Counted from the first letter of the stretch, positions 1 through 9,797 are shown. The stretch is 64,000 bases of DNA from Candidatus Woesearchaeota archaeon (GCA_016184345.1 JACPCV010000006.1:64065-128064), one strand, 5' to 3'. Numbers and translations: made by a program. Notes: generated by a model from the sequence alone, not told the origin.

Positions 1-248
1 CATCGGTAGGTTTGACTGATGAAAAATGGGCTCAAATATTCACGAATGGAGAAGAGAATCCGTTTTGGGAAATGCCGTTGAACAGACTATCCGGTTATGC
101 GCGAAGCTTGTATGATGATATGCCTGGAAAGCGTGGCTACAGCAAAAAAGATGTTACGGTTTCTTTCCCTTTAACTGGTCAGGTTGGTAAGGGAACATTT
201 TGGGTAGCCAGCGTTAACAATTTCTGTCCAGGCAGTATCAGAAGTTAA
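1..248 (+). CDS. hypothetical protein, C-terminal fragment (gene probably starts upstream of the window)
   Basis: Frame of ORF 12..248 stays open back to the window edge; no recognisable motif. Confidence 0.3.
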   Translation, partial: SVGLTDEKWAQIFTNGEENPFWEMPLNRLSGYARSLYDDMPGKRGYSKKDVTVSFPLTGQVGKGTFWVASVNNFCPGSIRS

Positions 249-338
249 AACTTTACTTAATCTTATTCCACTGGACACTGGACAACCCTCAGGCAAAACT
301 ATTAATACTACGAAAGCTGATGGCAGTATTGATGTGCT

Positions 339-1529
339 ATGTATAAGGGAAAAGCCAGCTACCTCAACAGGTTGTATTCCAAGATGAGCTTCAAGGCAGT
401 GGAGTATTCTGAGAAGCTGTCCGGCTCTTCTCCCCCGTCTGTATTCATTGGGCGGTTTGGCTATCCCAGGATTGCTGTTGGGCCTTTGCTGACTGTTGAG
501 CAGGGTGACAGTAGCATACTTGACCTGCCTGAGGAGTGGCTTCCACAGAACAAGTCAGCTTCTGACATTGTTGACTTCAGGATGCAGCTGATAAGGGGGA
601 AACAGTCTGTTAACGTAAGGGACCCAAGCTCAAGCAGGGGAATTGTGACTAAACTGCAGGAAATAGCATTGGCGAAAAGCCCGCTTGAGATGGAAGCTGA
701 ATTCAAGAAGAAGCCTACAGGCAGGTTTTTTCATGAGGAGGTGCAGCCTTTTGGTCCAAGCGCTGCATTAAAGGAACTGAACTTGGGGAACAGCAAGTTT
801 AATCCTCAGCTTGAGAAGGCTCATTATGACACTGACCTGAAGGCAAAGGAGGCTGTCATCCGGTTGTATGAGAAGGGTGTGCTTTTCTCATCAATCCAGA
901 AGGCGTTCAGCACAGGCGCTTTTGGCGTTGAAAAGAACCGCAAGCTGGTTCCAACAAGATGGAGCATTACCGCTGTTGACAGCGCCCTTTCCAGCCACTT
1001 GCTTGAGGAAATCAAGGCGTACGAGCCCATTGGCGAGTTCAGGGTGTATGAGTCAACGACATTGAATAACAGGTTCGTCGTAATTCTCATGCCAACCATG
1101 TGGAGGTATGAGTGGGTAGAGGCCTTTTTCCCGAGCATAGTGGGCGATAAGCTTGAGATTTTCGGCGATTATGAACGCTTTGGGAGGAAGACAGGATACT
1201 CGCCTGTTGGCGGATGCTACTACTCGGCAAGGCTGGCTGTGGCAGAAAAGCTCAAGGAAGAGAAGAAGCAGGCTGGCGTGATAATCCTCCGGGAAGCTTA
1301 CCCAGGATATATTCCGCTGGGTGTCTGGAATGTGCGGGAGAACATGCGAATGGCAATGCAGCAGGGCAGCCGCAGCTTTGAATCATTCAACGATGCAGTT
1401 GCGTACGCTTCCTCGCGGCTGAAGCTTAGGCTTGGCACATGGCTGCAGCACAGCACACTGTTCAGGGAGGAGTTCGTGCAAAAGAAGCTGCGGGATTTTG
1501 CCAGCTGCGCGGTTGCGAAAAGCTTATAA
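339..1529 (+). CDS. Nre-family putative DNA repair protein (archaeal DUF650/DUF651 type)
   Basis: 396 aa. Motif SSPPSVFIGRFGYPRIAVGP and overall layout resemble archaeal Nre proteins. The N-terminal Cys cluster usual in the family is missing (in-frame stop at 330-332). Confidence 0.65.
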   Translation: MYKGKASYLNRLYSKMSFKAVEYSEKLSGSSPPSVFIGRFGYPRIAVGPLLTVEQGDSSILDLPEEWLPQNKSASDIVDFRMQLIRGKQSVNVRDPSSSRGIVTKLQEIALAKSPLEMEAEFKKKPTGRFFHEEVQPFGPSAALKELNLGNSKFNPQLEKAHYDTDLKAKEAVIRLYEKGVLFSSIQKAFSTGAFGVEKNRKLVPTRWSITAVDSALSSHLLEEIKAYEPIGEFRVYESTTLNNRFVVILMPTMWRYEWVEAFFPSIVGDKLEIFGDYERFGRKTGYSPVGGCYYSARLAVAEKLKEEKKQAGVIILREAYPGYIPLGVWNVRENMRMAMQQGSRSFESFNDAVAYASSRLKLRLGTWLQHSTLFREEFVQKKLRDFASCAVAKSL

Positions 1530-1556
1530 GGCAGGAATCAAAAAGAGTGTGTTTAG

Positions 1557-4500
1557 GTGTGCAGTTTGGGTAAAAGAGGGAGACTAGTCTGCTTAGCGGT
1601 TTTTTCCCTGCTGCTGCTATCTGTTTTTTCAGCAGGCGCTTATGCTGTGGATTATGTTGCAAAGGTCCAGCTTTCGCTTGAAAAGTCCTTTTACGGCCCT
1701 AATGAGGAAGTTCACCTTACTGGCAGCGTCTTTCTCAGCAACTTGTCAGCGAATGATACCAGCTTTGTTGCCGTTTCCGGCGCCTCGGTTAATGTTTCCA
1801 TAAGCAACTCCTCCACCAACGGCTCTGTGCTGCAGTCAAACTACACGCTTAACACAAGCGCTGACGGCTCGTTCAAGTCGAGAAGCGACCTTGTCCCTTC
1901 AGGCATAATCGTGTCCGCTCCGGCTGGCGACGGCTACTATAACATCAGCGCATCCTACCGCGACCCCAACAATGTCGAGTGGAAATCCACTGGTGTGATA
2001 AGGGTTTTCGCCAATTCTGTTGACCAGATTTCCATAAGCCCTGCTGAAGCAAGGTATTATTCAGGAGAGACCGCCTTAGTTACCCTCAGGGCGCTCAGGG
2101 AAGTCGGCGACAAGAAGGTTGCCCTCGCCAATATAACCATAAACGGCTCTATGAGGTATACGAACCGCACAACAATCTCAACGTTTTTCTGCACAACCGC
2201 AAATGACGGCCTCTGCACTGTCTCTGTGTCTGTGCCGTCTGCGGTCGGCACTTACCTGCTTGAAGCGAACAATTTCCTGAGCATTTCCTATTTCACTGTT
2301 GTTCCGTTTGAGGCGTTCGTGTACATCAGGGACTCCACTGGCGAGAGCTTTAAGGAGATTCTCAAGGCCAATGAGCAGGCCTCGGTTGAGGTCAATGTAA
2401 AGTCAAACGGCAGCAATCCCACTGGTGATTTTGTCTTCAACGGCACAGTAACAGATTCCAGCAACAACGTCGTGGCAAACATTACATCAACAGCGCTGAA
2501 CAGCAACAATTCCTACACTAACAGGTTTTCCTTTACAATCACCAATTCTTTCGTAAATGGCGTCTATTACGCTTCTGTGACCGTCTACAAGACAGGCACG
2601 AGCAGCAGGGTAAGCACCTCAACATCTTTCCAGGTCAGGTCGTGGAGCCTGACTGCAAACAAGGGCTCCAGAAACTCAGGCTTTGAATATGAGTACACGA
2701 CTTTCCCCGAGAAGAACGTCTCGTTTGAGATTTTCCCGAAAGAATACGAAAATGGCACAGTAATAACAGGGCTTAACAGCACCCAGTTCAACATCACGCT
2801 CACAAGCAAGACAGGCGCTGTCCTTGCAGTAGGCAACGCTACATACAATGCTTCGTGCAGCAGCTCAGGCTGCTACGAGTTTACCATTGCAGCACCTTCT
2901 GCATCGGGAAGGTACCTGCTGTCTGTTTCGCTCAACTACAGCAGCGAAACTCAGACTGCGCACAGGCTCGTGAGCGTCACAACTACTTCAGTGTCGGCAA
3001 CGCCAAGCAACCAGGAGGGCCAGCTCAAGGAGCTCTTCAGCACATCAGAGGCAGTTTACATATCGCTGTCTGCAAAGAACCTGACTTCCAGCGTGAACAT
3101 CACTGACGTGCTGCTGGAATCGGTAATTTACCAGAACGGCACAAAGTTCAACTTTACTGAGGTTGCACTCTGGGATAATGTCAGCTCTAACAATTCTGCC
3201 CTCGAGTGGGCATGGAACGGTTCAGCGCAAAGGCTGAAGCTTGACGCTCCCAAGACTGGTGGGAACTACCTTATTAACTTCTTTGTCAACAACCGCTCGG
3301 CTGCCGCAAGCGCCACGTTTACCATTAACCCGTATGCGGTTTGCGGTGCTGCGAAGAGCACAGCCGGCTCAGTTGACAGCTCAAGCAGCTTTTATGTGTG
3401 GCAGTACAAGACAACAGACACGGTTTACCTTGAGCTCAAGGTAACCCAAGCGCAAAATGGTGTGGGAAAGGCGGCTGCGTCGAATGGGACATTCAGCAGT
3501 TCGTATTACGGCATGGGAATGGCGTGCTATGTTGACACGACAAAGACCCAGGCGATAACAAACGCCACTATAGTAGTTGAGGAAGTTGCCAATCTCCAGA
3601 CAGGGACAAAGGCAACGCTGAACACATCTGCCTCAACATGCTCTGCTGATGACAACTCAGGCACATACACCTGCACTGTGAAGCCTGAAACAAAATGGGA
3701 TGGTGGAAGGTATTCTGTGAAGCTGAAGATAACAGGTGCTGATGGCGCTACAATTGACAAGGCGGAAAGCGTATTTGAGGCCAGGGCATTTTACCTTTGG
3801 GCTTACAGCAACTCCTGGACCAACAAGCCGACAAGCAACATAACCTTCAACGTTCAGATGTACGAGGCCGGGACAAACTGGTGGAGCAATTACGGCAGCA
3901 CTGGCGGCATCACTGGTGAGGTAGCTATCCAGAAGGTTGAGTACAACGGCAAGGATGGTGAATGGCTCTGGCCGCCAATTGACATCGGCTACAATACTAC
4001 AGGGCTTAATGCCTCCAACATCTCAAACGGCAGGGGCAGCTTCACCTTGTCAACTGACAGGCTGCCGAGGGGAGGGTGGGAACCAGGCTACTATGTGGTT
4101 ACGGTAAAGGGCACAAACACGGCATCTGGTGAAATCGACTATGGCCAGGCATGGCTGGGCATCAAGCAGTGGGAAACATACGCAAGCCCGGTTGACACCT
4201 CAGGCAGCGGCACTGGCATACAATACAAGGACTCCTTTGGAACTAAGGAAAACGTGACGCTCTTTGTCAGGATAACAAATGCCGGGGATTGGAGCGACAG
4301 CGGCAACACCAACCTCGCTGGGGGGAGTAATGTGAGTGTTGGCGTCAAGAAGCTGCAGTACTACAAGGGCGGAGCCCTGTCTGAGCTTAACAAGTCGGCA
4401 TACAGTTTCACATACGTCAACGTTACGGCTTCAAGCCCGTGGTATTCAAGCGGCAACTCAGGCACTCACAACAAGTACTTCCTTAACATTACTCCAGCAA

Positions 4501-7397
4501 GCAAATGGGACGGCGGATGGTATACTGTCATCCTTGACGTTAACGGCACTGAAACAGGCTACGGCTGGTTTAACATAATATCCTTCGGGGTTGACACGCA
4601 GCCCACAGATTCCAGCGGCGTGTACACTTACTCTTCGAGGAGCGCCGGGCCTAGGTATTTCAATGTTACAGCCACTAAGAGCAAGAAAACCTCTTACAGT
4701 TTCTACAAGGCAAACGATTACATAAACACCACTGTTAAGGACATAGTGTTAAGTGTCTGGAGGGAGGATACCTGGGAGTCAGAGAAGCTCGAGTATCCTG
4801 AAGACCTCAACGTCTCGCCGTTGTGGGTCAACGGTAGTGCCATGGTTTCAGTCAACAAGTCCGGCAGCTGGGTTGGAGGCTATTATTGGGGCGAGATAAC
4901 CCTGCAGGATTCCGAGAACTCCACGGCAACCGGTTACCTGTGGTTCAGCGTCAGGTCATTCAGGGTTGACACGTCAGTGCGCAACTATACTGTTGACACC
5001 GATGCCAATGTTTCTGTGAGCCTTGACACTAGGCAGCCGGACTGGGGCAATAACAGCGTTGTTTCCGGCAATTACACCATCACGAGCATCTATGAGGACG
5101 TCTGGTCTGGCTCTGGGAGGAGCAGGACAACGTATACTGACTACAGGCCGAACAGCACCGACACGTTTAATGGCACAACAATCCTGAACGTCACTCCAAA
5201 CTCAGGCAGCTGGGGCTCGGGCAGCTACGGCGGCTACCACTACCTTACCGCTGTTGTGCGGGACAATGCTGACAACACCACCCAGACAGGATGGATATCA
5301 TTCAGGGCAGTGCCTTTTTCAATATCCGTGGCCGCTATTCCGAACCAGTACTCATTCAGCCAGACAAGCAATGTGACAGTGAACGTGACAGTCACGAAGT
5401 CGGCAACAGGCGCAGTCGCAACAGCCAACCTGTCAAGGGCGTTTGAGTCCACCTGGCCAACCCAGACCGAGTACGGCTTTGCTGTAGGCAGCTGCACTTC
5501 CGCTTCCAACGGAAACGCTTGCCAGGTAACCGGGACGCAAAACATAACCTTGATTGCACCTTCAGGAGGGTGGCCTGCAGGATGGCACTACATCAATCTT
5601 GAATTCTTCCCTGCAGCAGGCGGAAGCAAGACACAGGCTGACGGCAGCGCATGGTTCAATGCCGTGCAGGCATACGATGGCAACTTCAACAACGTTGACG
5701 ATGGTGGTCTCAACTACAAGTACTACTTCGGCTTAAGCGAGAACATCACAATCAGGCTTATCGTGCGCAACTCAAACTATGTGCCGCAGCAGGTCAATAT
5801 AACAGCGGTTGAGATGTCCGAAGACGGCGACAGCTGCTGGTACGAATCCTGCAAGGCATACGGCAACTACTCATACAACGTGCTTAACGGCTCTGGCGGC
5901 AATGAGATAAAAGGCAATGGCACCATAAGGATTCTGCTAAACAGTTCCCAGTGGAAGAGGGGCCAGCACTCTATCAGGGCCACTATACAGGGCTCTGCCG
6001 GTAATGCGGTAATAAAGACAGGCTATGTGCACGTGAAAGACACCTCTGCCCCGAACGTCACGATAGTCTCGCCGCAGCTTGGGCAGGTGATTAACGCAAC
6101 ATCTTTGCTCTTTAACGCCACTAGCAACGAAAACGTGATATGCAGTTTAACAGTGCTTAATTATGACACGTTCTCACAGTGGTACTGTGGAGGCGCAGGG
6201 GGAAGTGGTAACGGCACTAACTCAACTGAGCCGTCCTGCAACAGCACCAGGTTCAACGGAAGCACCTACTACTACCAGAACATTAACTACCCACCTTGGG
6301 GTCCGATGAATACAGGCGGCCTTGTGCACCATTACAACATAAGCACGGCAGGCTGGGCCAACCAGGACTATGGTATAGCAGCATGGTGCAACGATGCAGA
6401 CTGGAATTGGATTAATCCCAAAACTGCGTTCAAGTTCAATGGCTCAACAACTGCAGTGCCGTTAAGGGTAAACCTCACAAGCCCTGCAAACCCCTCAATA
6501 GCAAACGCCAGCACTGTAACGTTCAGGTACAACGTTTCAGGCCCTTCAAACTCTGTTGCGAACTGCAGCGTTTACATAAACGTAAGCAACGCGTGGGCAG
6601 CCAATTTAAGCGGCGTTATGGCAAACATCACCAACACCACCAATATCACGGCCGTGAATGTTGCAGGATTTAATAACGGCGCATACGTCTGGAACACGTA
6701 CTGCTATCAGACTACGAATGCCTCAAACGCTGCCTGGGCAGCTTCAAACTTCACGTTCAACGTCGTGAACAACGTAACTTCTCTGCCTGTGGCAGTCAAC
6801 CTTACAAGCCCCGCCAACAATTCAGTGCAAACGTCCTCGCCTGTTGTGCTCGCCTATAACGTTTCGGGCCCGACAGGCATGAGCTGCGCTTTGTGGAGCA
6901 ACTCCACAGGTGTCTGGAAGGCGAACATCACAAACACCTCGGCAGGGCCAGGGCAGCATAACGGCAGCCACTCCTTTGCGAACGGCAACTATACCTGGAA
7001 CGCGAGGTGCGAGGAGAACACCAACAGCAGCAACTACGCCTGGGGGCTGAACCGCACGTTAGCCGTGGAGGGTGCCAATAACATAACAGTCAGCTTAACA
7101 AGCCCTGGAAACAACTCAAACGCTAACGCCAGCACAATCAACTTCATGTACAACGTGAGCACAACCGCTGTTTCGACAGTCAACTGCACTATCTGGGGCA
7201 ACTTCAGCGGCTCATGGGCAGCGAACTTCACAAATACCTCCCTGAGCCCTGGCAGCATTAGCGCCCCTGTCGCCGCGACCTATCTGAACCTCAGCACAAG
7301 CGATTACCTGTGGAACACAAGGTGCATTGACGCAGCAGACAGCTCAGTATTCGCCTTTGCAAGATACAACTGGACATTTAAGAGAAATTCATCGTAA
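1557..7397 (+). CDS. giant secreted surface protein (1946 aa), heavily N-glycosylation-sequon-rich, S-layer/adhesin-like
   Basis: 5.8-kb ORF with GTG start and signal peptide LVCLAVFSLLLLSVFSAGAYA. No later TM segment. Very dense N-x-S/T sequons, beta-rich Ig-like texture, tandem C-terminal domains. Confidence 0.85.
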   Translation: MCSLGKRGRLVCLAVFSLLLLSVFSAGAYAVDYVAKVQLSLEKSFYGPNEEVHLTGSVFLSNLSANDTSFVAVSGASVNVSISNSSTNGSVLQSNYTLNTSADGSFKSRSDLVPSGIIVSAPAGDGYYNISASYRDPNNVEWKSTGVIRVFANSVDQISISPAEARYYSGETALVTLRALREVGDKKVALANITINGSMRYTNRTTISTFFCTTANDGLCTVSVSVPSAVGTYLLEANNFLSISYFTVVPFEAFVYIRDSTGESFKEILKANEQASVEVNVKSNGSNPTGDFVFNGTVTDSSNNVVANITSTALNSNNSYTNRFSFTITNSFVNGVYYASVTVYKTGTSSRVSTSTSFQVRSWSLTANKGSRNSGFEYEYTTFPEKNVSFEIFPKEYENGTVITGLNSTQFNITLTSKTGAVLAVGNATYNASCSSSGCYEFTIAAPSASGRYLLSVSLNYSSETQTAHRLVSVTTTSVSATPSNQEGQLKELFSTSEAVYISLSAKNLTSSVNITDVLLESVIYQNGTKFNFTEVALWDNVSSNNSALEWAWNGSAQRLKLDAPKTGGNYLINFFVNNRSAAASATFTINPYAVCGAAKSTAGSVDSSSSFYVWQYKTTDTVYLELKVTQAQNGVGKAAASNGTFSSSYYGMGMACYVDTTKTQAITNATIVVEEVANLQTGTKATLNTSASTCSADDNSGTYTCTVKPETKWDGGRYSVKLKITGADGATIDKAESVFEARAFYLWAYSNSWTNKPTSNITFNVQMYEAGTNWWSNYGSTGGITGEVAIQKVEYNGKDGEWLWPPIDIGYNTTGLNASNISNGRGSFTLSTDRLPRGGWEPGYYVVTVKGTNTASGEIDYGQAWLGIKQWETYASPVDTSGSGTGIQYKDSFGTKENVTLFVRITNAGDWSDSGNTNLAGGSNVSVGVKKLQYYKGGALSELNKSAYSFTYVNVTASSPWYSSGNSGTHNKYFLNITPASKWDGGWYTVILDVNGTETGYGWFNIISFGVDTQPTDSSGVYTYSSRSAGPRYFNVTATKSKKTSYSFYKANDYINTTVKDIVLSVWREDTWESEKLEYPEDLNVSPLWVNGSAMVSVNKSGSWVGGYYWGEITLQDSENSTATGYLWFSVRSFRVDTSVRNYTVDTDANVSVSLDTRQPDWGNNSVVSGNYTITSIYEDVWSGSGRSRTTYTDYRPNSTDTFNGTTILNVTPNSGSWGSGSYGGYHYLTAVVRDNADNTTQTGWISFRAVPFSISVAAIPNQYSFSQTSNVTVNVTVTKSATGAVATANLSRAFESTWPTQTEYGFAVGSCTSASNGNACQVTGTQNITLIAPSGGWPAGWHYINLEFFPAAGGSKTQADGSAWFNAVQAYDGNFNNVDDGGLNYKYYFGLSENITIRLIVRNSNYVPQQVNITAVEMSEDGDSCWYESCKAYGNYSYNVLNGSGGNEIKGNGTIRILLNSSQWKRGQHSIRATIQGSAGNAVIKTGYVHVKDTSAPNVTIVSPQLGQVINATSLLFNATSNENVICSLTVLNYDTFSQWYCGGAGGSGNGTNSTEPSCNSTRFNGSTYYYQNINYPPWGPMNTGGLVHHYNISTAGWANQDYGIAAWCNDADWNWINPKTAFKFNGSTTAVPLRVNLTSPANPSIANASTVTFRYNVSGPSNSVANCSVYINVSNAWAANLSGVMANITNTTNITAVNVAGFNNGAYVWNTYCYQTTNASNAAWAASNFTFNVVNNVTSLPVAVNLTSPANNSVQTSSPVVLAYNVSGPTGMSCALWSNSTGVWKANITNTSAGPGQHNGSHSFANGNYTWNARCEENTNSSNYAWGLNRTLAVEGANNITVSLTSPGNNSNANASTINFMYNVSTTAVSTVNCTIWGNFSGSWAANFTNTSLSPGSISAPVAATYLNLSTSDYLWNTRCIDAADSSVFAFARYNWTFKRNSS
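6468..7394 (+). repeat. three tandem ~100-aa domain repeats at the C-terminus of the giant surface protein
   Basis: Units begin near 6468, 6792 and 7085: VNLTSPANPSIANASTVTFRYNVSG / VNLTSPANNSVQTSSPVVLAYNVSG / VSLTSPGNNSNANASTINFMYNVS. Each has a conserved Cys and a W-N-T-R/Y-C motif. A looser fourth unit starts near 6054. Confidence 0.6.
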
Positions 7398-7412
7398 GCG
7401 AGGCAATGGAAA

Positions 7413-8975
7413 ATGAAACATGGCTATTTGACATCAAAAGTTTTGGCTGCAGCTGCAGCAATTGTTTTAGCTCTGCTGCTGGTTCCGCAAGCCTTGGCAG
7501 CCCTGCAGGTAACCGCCTTCTCGTGCAATGGCGAATCAGGAACTATTAACGTCCCAAATAGCCTGCCGTTCACATGCATAGCCACAATCAACAACCCCGA
7601 CTCTTCAACTGCATCCCTTGGCTCTGTGAAGCTTTACATTGACGGAACCTGGGCAACGCAGGCTTATGATGCTTCGGGCTTTACAACTTCACTAGGCACA
7701 GGCGCCTCAACAACAGCTGTGTTTATCGACATCACACCCACCACTCCTGGAAGCCATAAGTTCTCCTACTTGCTTCTTGACGGAGTTTCAGATACGCTTG
7801 TGGCAGACGCTGTTGTCAATGTCATGGACATAAGGATATCAAAAGTGACTGCAAACATTTCCTCTGCAGCCCAGAACGCTAACTTCACTGTAACTGCTGA
7901 GCTCTCGATTGGCGGGGCCATGTCCGTAACAGTTACCATAGACCCGTCTGACTGCGCACTGGCTACAGGCGAAACTGCCTCCAAGACAATCGGCTCGCTC
8001 ACTGAAGGAAGCCAGAGCAGCGTTTCCTGGATGCTGAAGATGGGCGCAAATGACTGCAGCTTTACGGTTAGCGTTACCGGAACAGGCTCTGGAAGGGTGA
8101 CTGATGACGTCTCAGGCAGCGTGTCCTCAATCAGCAGCGGCAGCAGCCCTGAAAGCACAAGCAGCAGTAGCAGTGGCGGCGGGGGCGGGGGCGGCGGGGG
8201 AGGCGGAGGGGCAGCGCTTGTTGATGAAAGCGTGCTGTTAAGTTCAATACCTGCAGGAAGCGTTGGCACTTTCGGGTTCAAAAAATTCACTGACATCGCA
8301 GTTTATGAGGTTGCCCTCACCGCAAATGTCAACCTTGAAAATGCCAAGCTGACTGTGAAGGAAGCAAGGCTTGCAACCGGTACACAGCCCGCTTCAGAAA
8401 AGCCGTCAGAGGCTGTTTACAAGTATTTTTCAGTGAACAGGGAGAAGGTCAGCAATGAGCAGATAAGCGATGTTAAGATAAGGTTCAGGGTGCCTGAGAG
8501 CTACTTCAGGAAGGAGCAGGTTATCCCCGAAAGCGTTGTGCTGAAGAAACTGGTTAACAGCAGCTGGGTTTCCAATCCGACCACTATGCTTGGGAAGTCC
8601 GGCAGTTTCGTTAGCTATGAAGCAAGCGTTCCAGGGCTTTCCACATTCGCAGTCGTGGGCGAGAAAAAGGCAGGGGCTGTTGCCCAGAAGGCAGAGCCTG
8701 AAGGGGAGGAAACAGCAACTGAGAAAGCGGCTGCCGAAAGGGCTGCTGAGGAAGCTGCCAGGAAAGCTGCTGAGCAGCAGGCGCTGGCAGAAGGGAAGGG
8801 CGCCGGCGGTCTTGCTGAAAAAATCGGAGGGCTCAGTTCTTCAGTAAATATAGTAGGGACGCTTGTCTTAATAGTGGCGGCCATACTTATCGTGGTCGAG
8901 CTTATGCATTTCATGCACAGGAAGATGCCTCCTTTGAAGCTGCCAAGGATTCCCCCGCCTCCAACACAAGAGTAA
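7413..8975 (+). CDS. PGF-pre-PGF domain surface protein with C-terminal TM anchor
   Basis: Signal peptide. The segment AVYKYFSVNREKVSNEQISDVKIRFRVPESYF...SWVSNPTT...YEASVPGLSTFAVVG matches the archaeal PGF-pre-PGF domain pattern. Followed by an Ala/Glu-rich linker, a TM helix (VGTLVLIVAAILIVVEL) and a Pro-rich tail. Contains a Ser/Gly12 linker. Confidence 0.8.
   Translation: MKHGYLTSKVLAAAAAIVLALLLVPQALAALQVTAFSCNGESGTINVPNSLPFTCIATINNPDSSTASLGSVKLYIDGTWATQAYDASGFTTSLGTGASTTAVFIDITPTTPGSHKFSYLLLDGVSDTLVADAVVNVMDIRISKVTANISSAAQNANFTVTAELSIGGAMSVTVTIDPSDCALATGETASKTIGSLTEGSQSSVSWMLKMGANDCSFTVSVTGTGSGRVTDDVSGSVSSISSGSSPESTSSSSSGGGGGGGGGGGGAALVDESVLLSSIPAGSVGTFGFKKFTDIAVYEVALTANVNLENAKLTVKEARLATGTQPASEKPSEAVYKYFSVNREKVSNEQISDVKIRFRVPESYFRKEQVIPESVVLKKLVNSSWVSNPTTMLGKSGSFVSYEASVPGLSTFAVVGEKKAGAVAQKAEPEGEETATEKAAAERAAEEAARKAAEQQALAEGKGAGGLAEKIGGLSSSVNIVGTLVLIVAAILIVVELMHFMHRKMPPLKLPRIPPPPTQE
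8181..8211 (+). repeat. G-run tract (GGGGG C GGGGG CGGC GGGGG AGGCGGA GGGG) encoding poly-Gly; G-quadruplex-type motif
   Basis: Four runs of at least 4 G separated by 1-7 nt, read directly from the sequence on the coding strand. Confidence 0.6.
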
Positions 8976-9023
8976 GAAAAAAGTAAAGCATTCAAAGAAA
9001 AAGAACAAAGGGAGTTGAGAGAG

Positions 9024-9797
9024 TCACTCCCCTTTCTCCCTTGCTATGTCCACAACGTCCTTCTGGGTGAGCAGGGCTACTCCGGCTTCCTTGCCGATTA
9101 TCTCTACCTGCACAATCTTGTCAGGGTTGTCGAGGTCAACGTTCTTCCTGTCCACTACCTCGGTCAGCTTTATGATGAGCTGCCCTCCTTCAAGCTTGTC
9201 CCAATGCCTTTTGTTTAGGCCGAGCTTCCACTTTTCATTCTGCCCGATGCCTGCTGAGGCTGACCTTATCAGCTTCTGCATTGCTGAAACTTCAGACTGG
9301 CACCAGCTGTCAATTGGCGTGTAGTGGTGCGTTACTGAAAACAGGTTGGGATTGCTGTGGCAAAGGTTCCGTATCTTTGCAGCTGTTGCCCTTGCGTTTG
9401 AGACAGCCACCTTGAACAGGCCTTCAACCTCGGTCTGGCCAATCTGCGGCTTTTCGCCAGCCTGCCTTAGTACCTCGCGAAGCTCAAGCTCGGCTGTCCC
9501 CCTGTGGTTTGGGTCAAACGTCACAATCATGTTGGCCTGCCCCTTGAGCGGTGTTGAGCCAAGCGGCATAGGTTTGGCTGCAGCTTTAGTGGTTTTTCTC
9601 CCTTTCATTGCCTTGGCGGCTGCCTTCGGCTTTGCTTTTGCCTTTCTAGAAACAGTTCGTTTAACAGCCCCCACGTCGTTGCGACGACGGGGCCCAGTCG
9701 AGCGTCCTCGACTTGGGTTTCGTGATGGCTTCTTCGCTGCCTTTCTTGATTTTGCAGATTTGCCTTTGGCCCTGGCTTTTGCCCTTCTTTTTGCCAT
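9024..9797 (-). CDS. THUMP-domain protein with ~85-aa Lys/Arg/Ala-rich N-terminal tail
   Basis: The C-terminal ~170 aa (MIVTFDPNHRGTAELELREVL...LIIKLTEVVDRKNVDLDNPDKIVQVEIIG) resemble stand-alone archaeal THUMP proteins. The ATG at 9797 has GGGGGTGA 6 nt upstream; the ORF could also start at 9803. Confidence 0.6.
   Translation of the reverse strand: MAKRRAKARAKGKSAKSRKAAKKPSRNPSRGRSTGPRRRNDVGAVKRTVSRKAKAKPKAAAKAMKGRKTTKAAAKPMPLGSTPLKGQANMIVTFDPNHRGTAELELREVLRQAGEKPQIGQTEVEGLFKVAVSNARATAAKIRNLCHSNPNLFSVTHHYTPIDSWCQSEVSAMQKLIRSASAGIGQNEKWKLGLNKRHWDKLEGGQLIIKLTEVVDRKNVDLDNPDKIVQVEIIGKEAGVALLTQKDVVDIAREKGE

Noticed and set aside
7766-8296. 176-aa minus-strand ORF containing a poly-Pro run
   Set aside because: It is the antisense shadow of the Ser/Gly12 linker region of the PGF-pre-PGF gene. 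The poly-Pro is just the complement of the G-run tract, and the plus-strand product has clear domain signatures.
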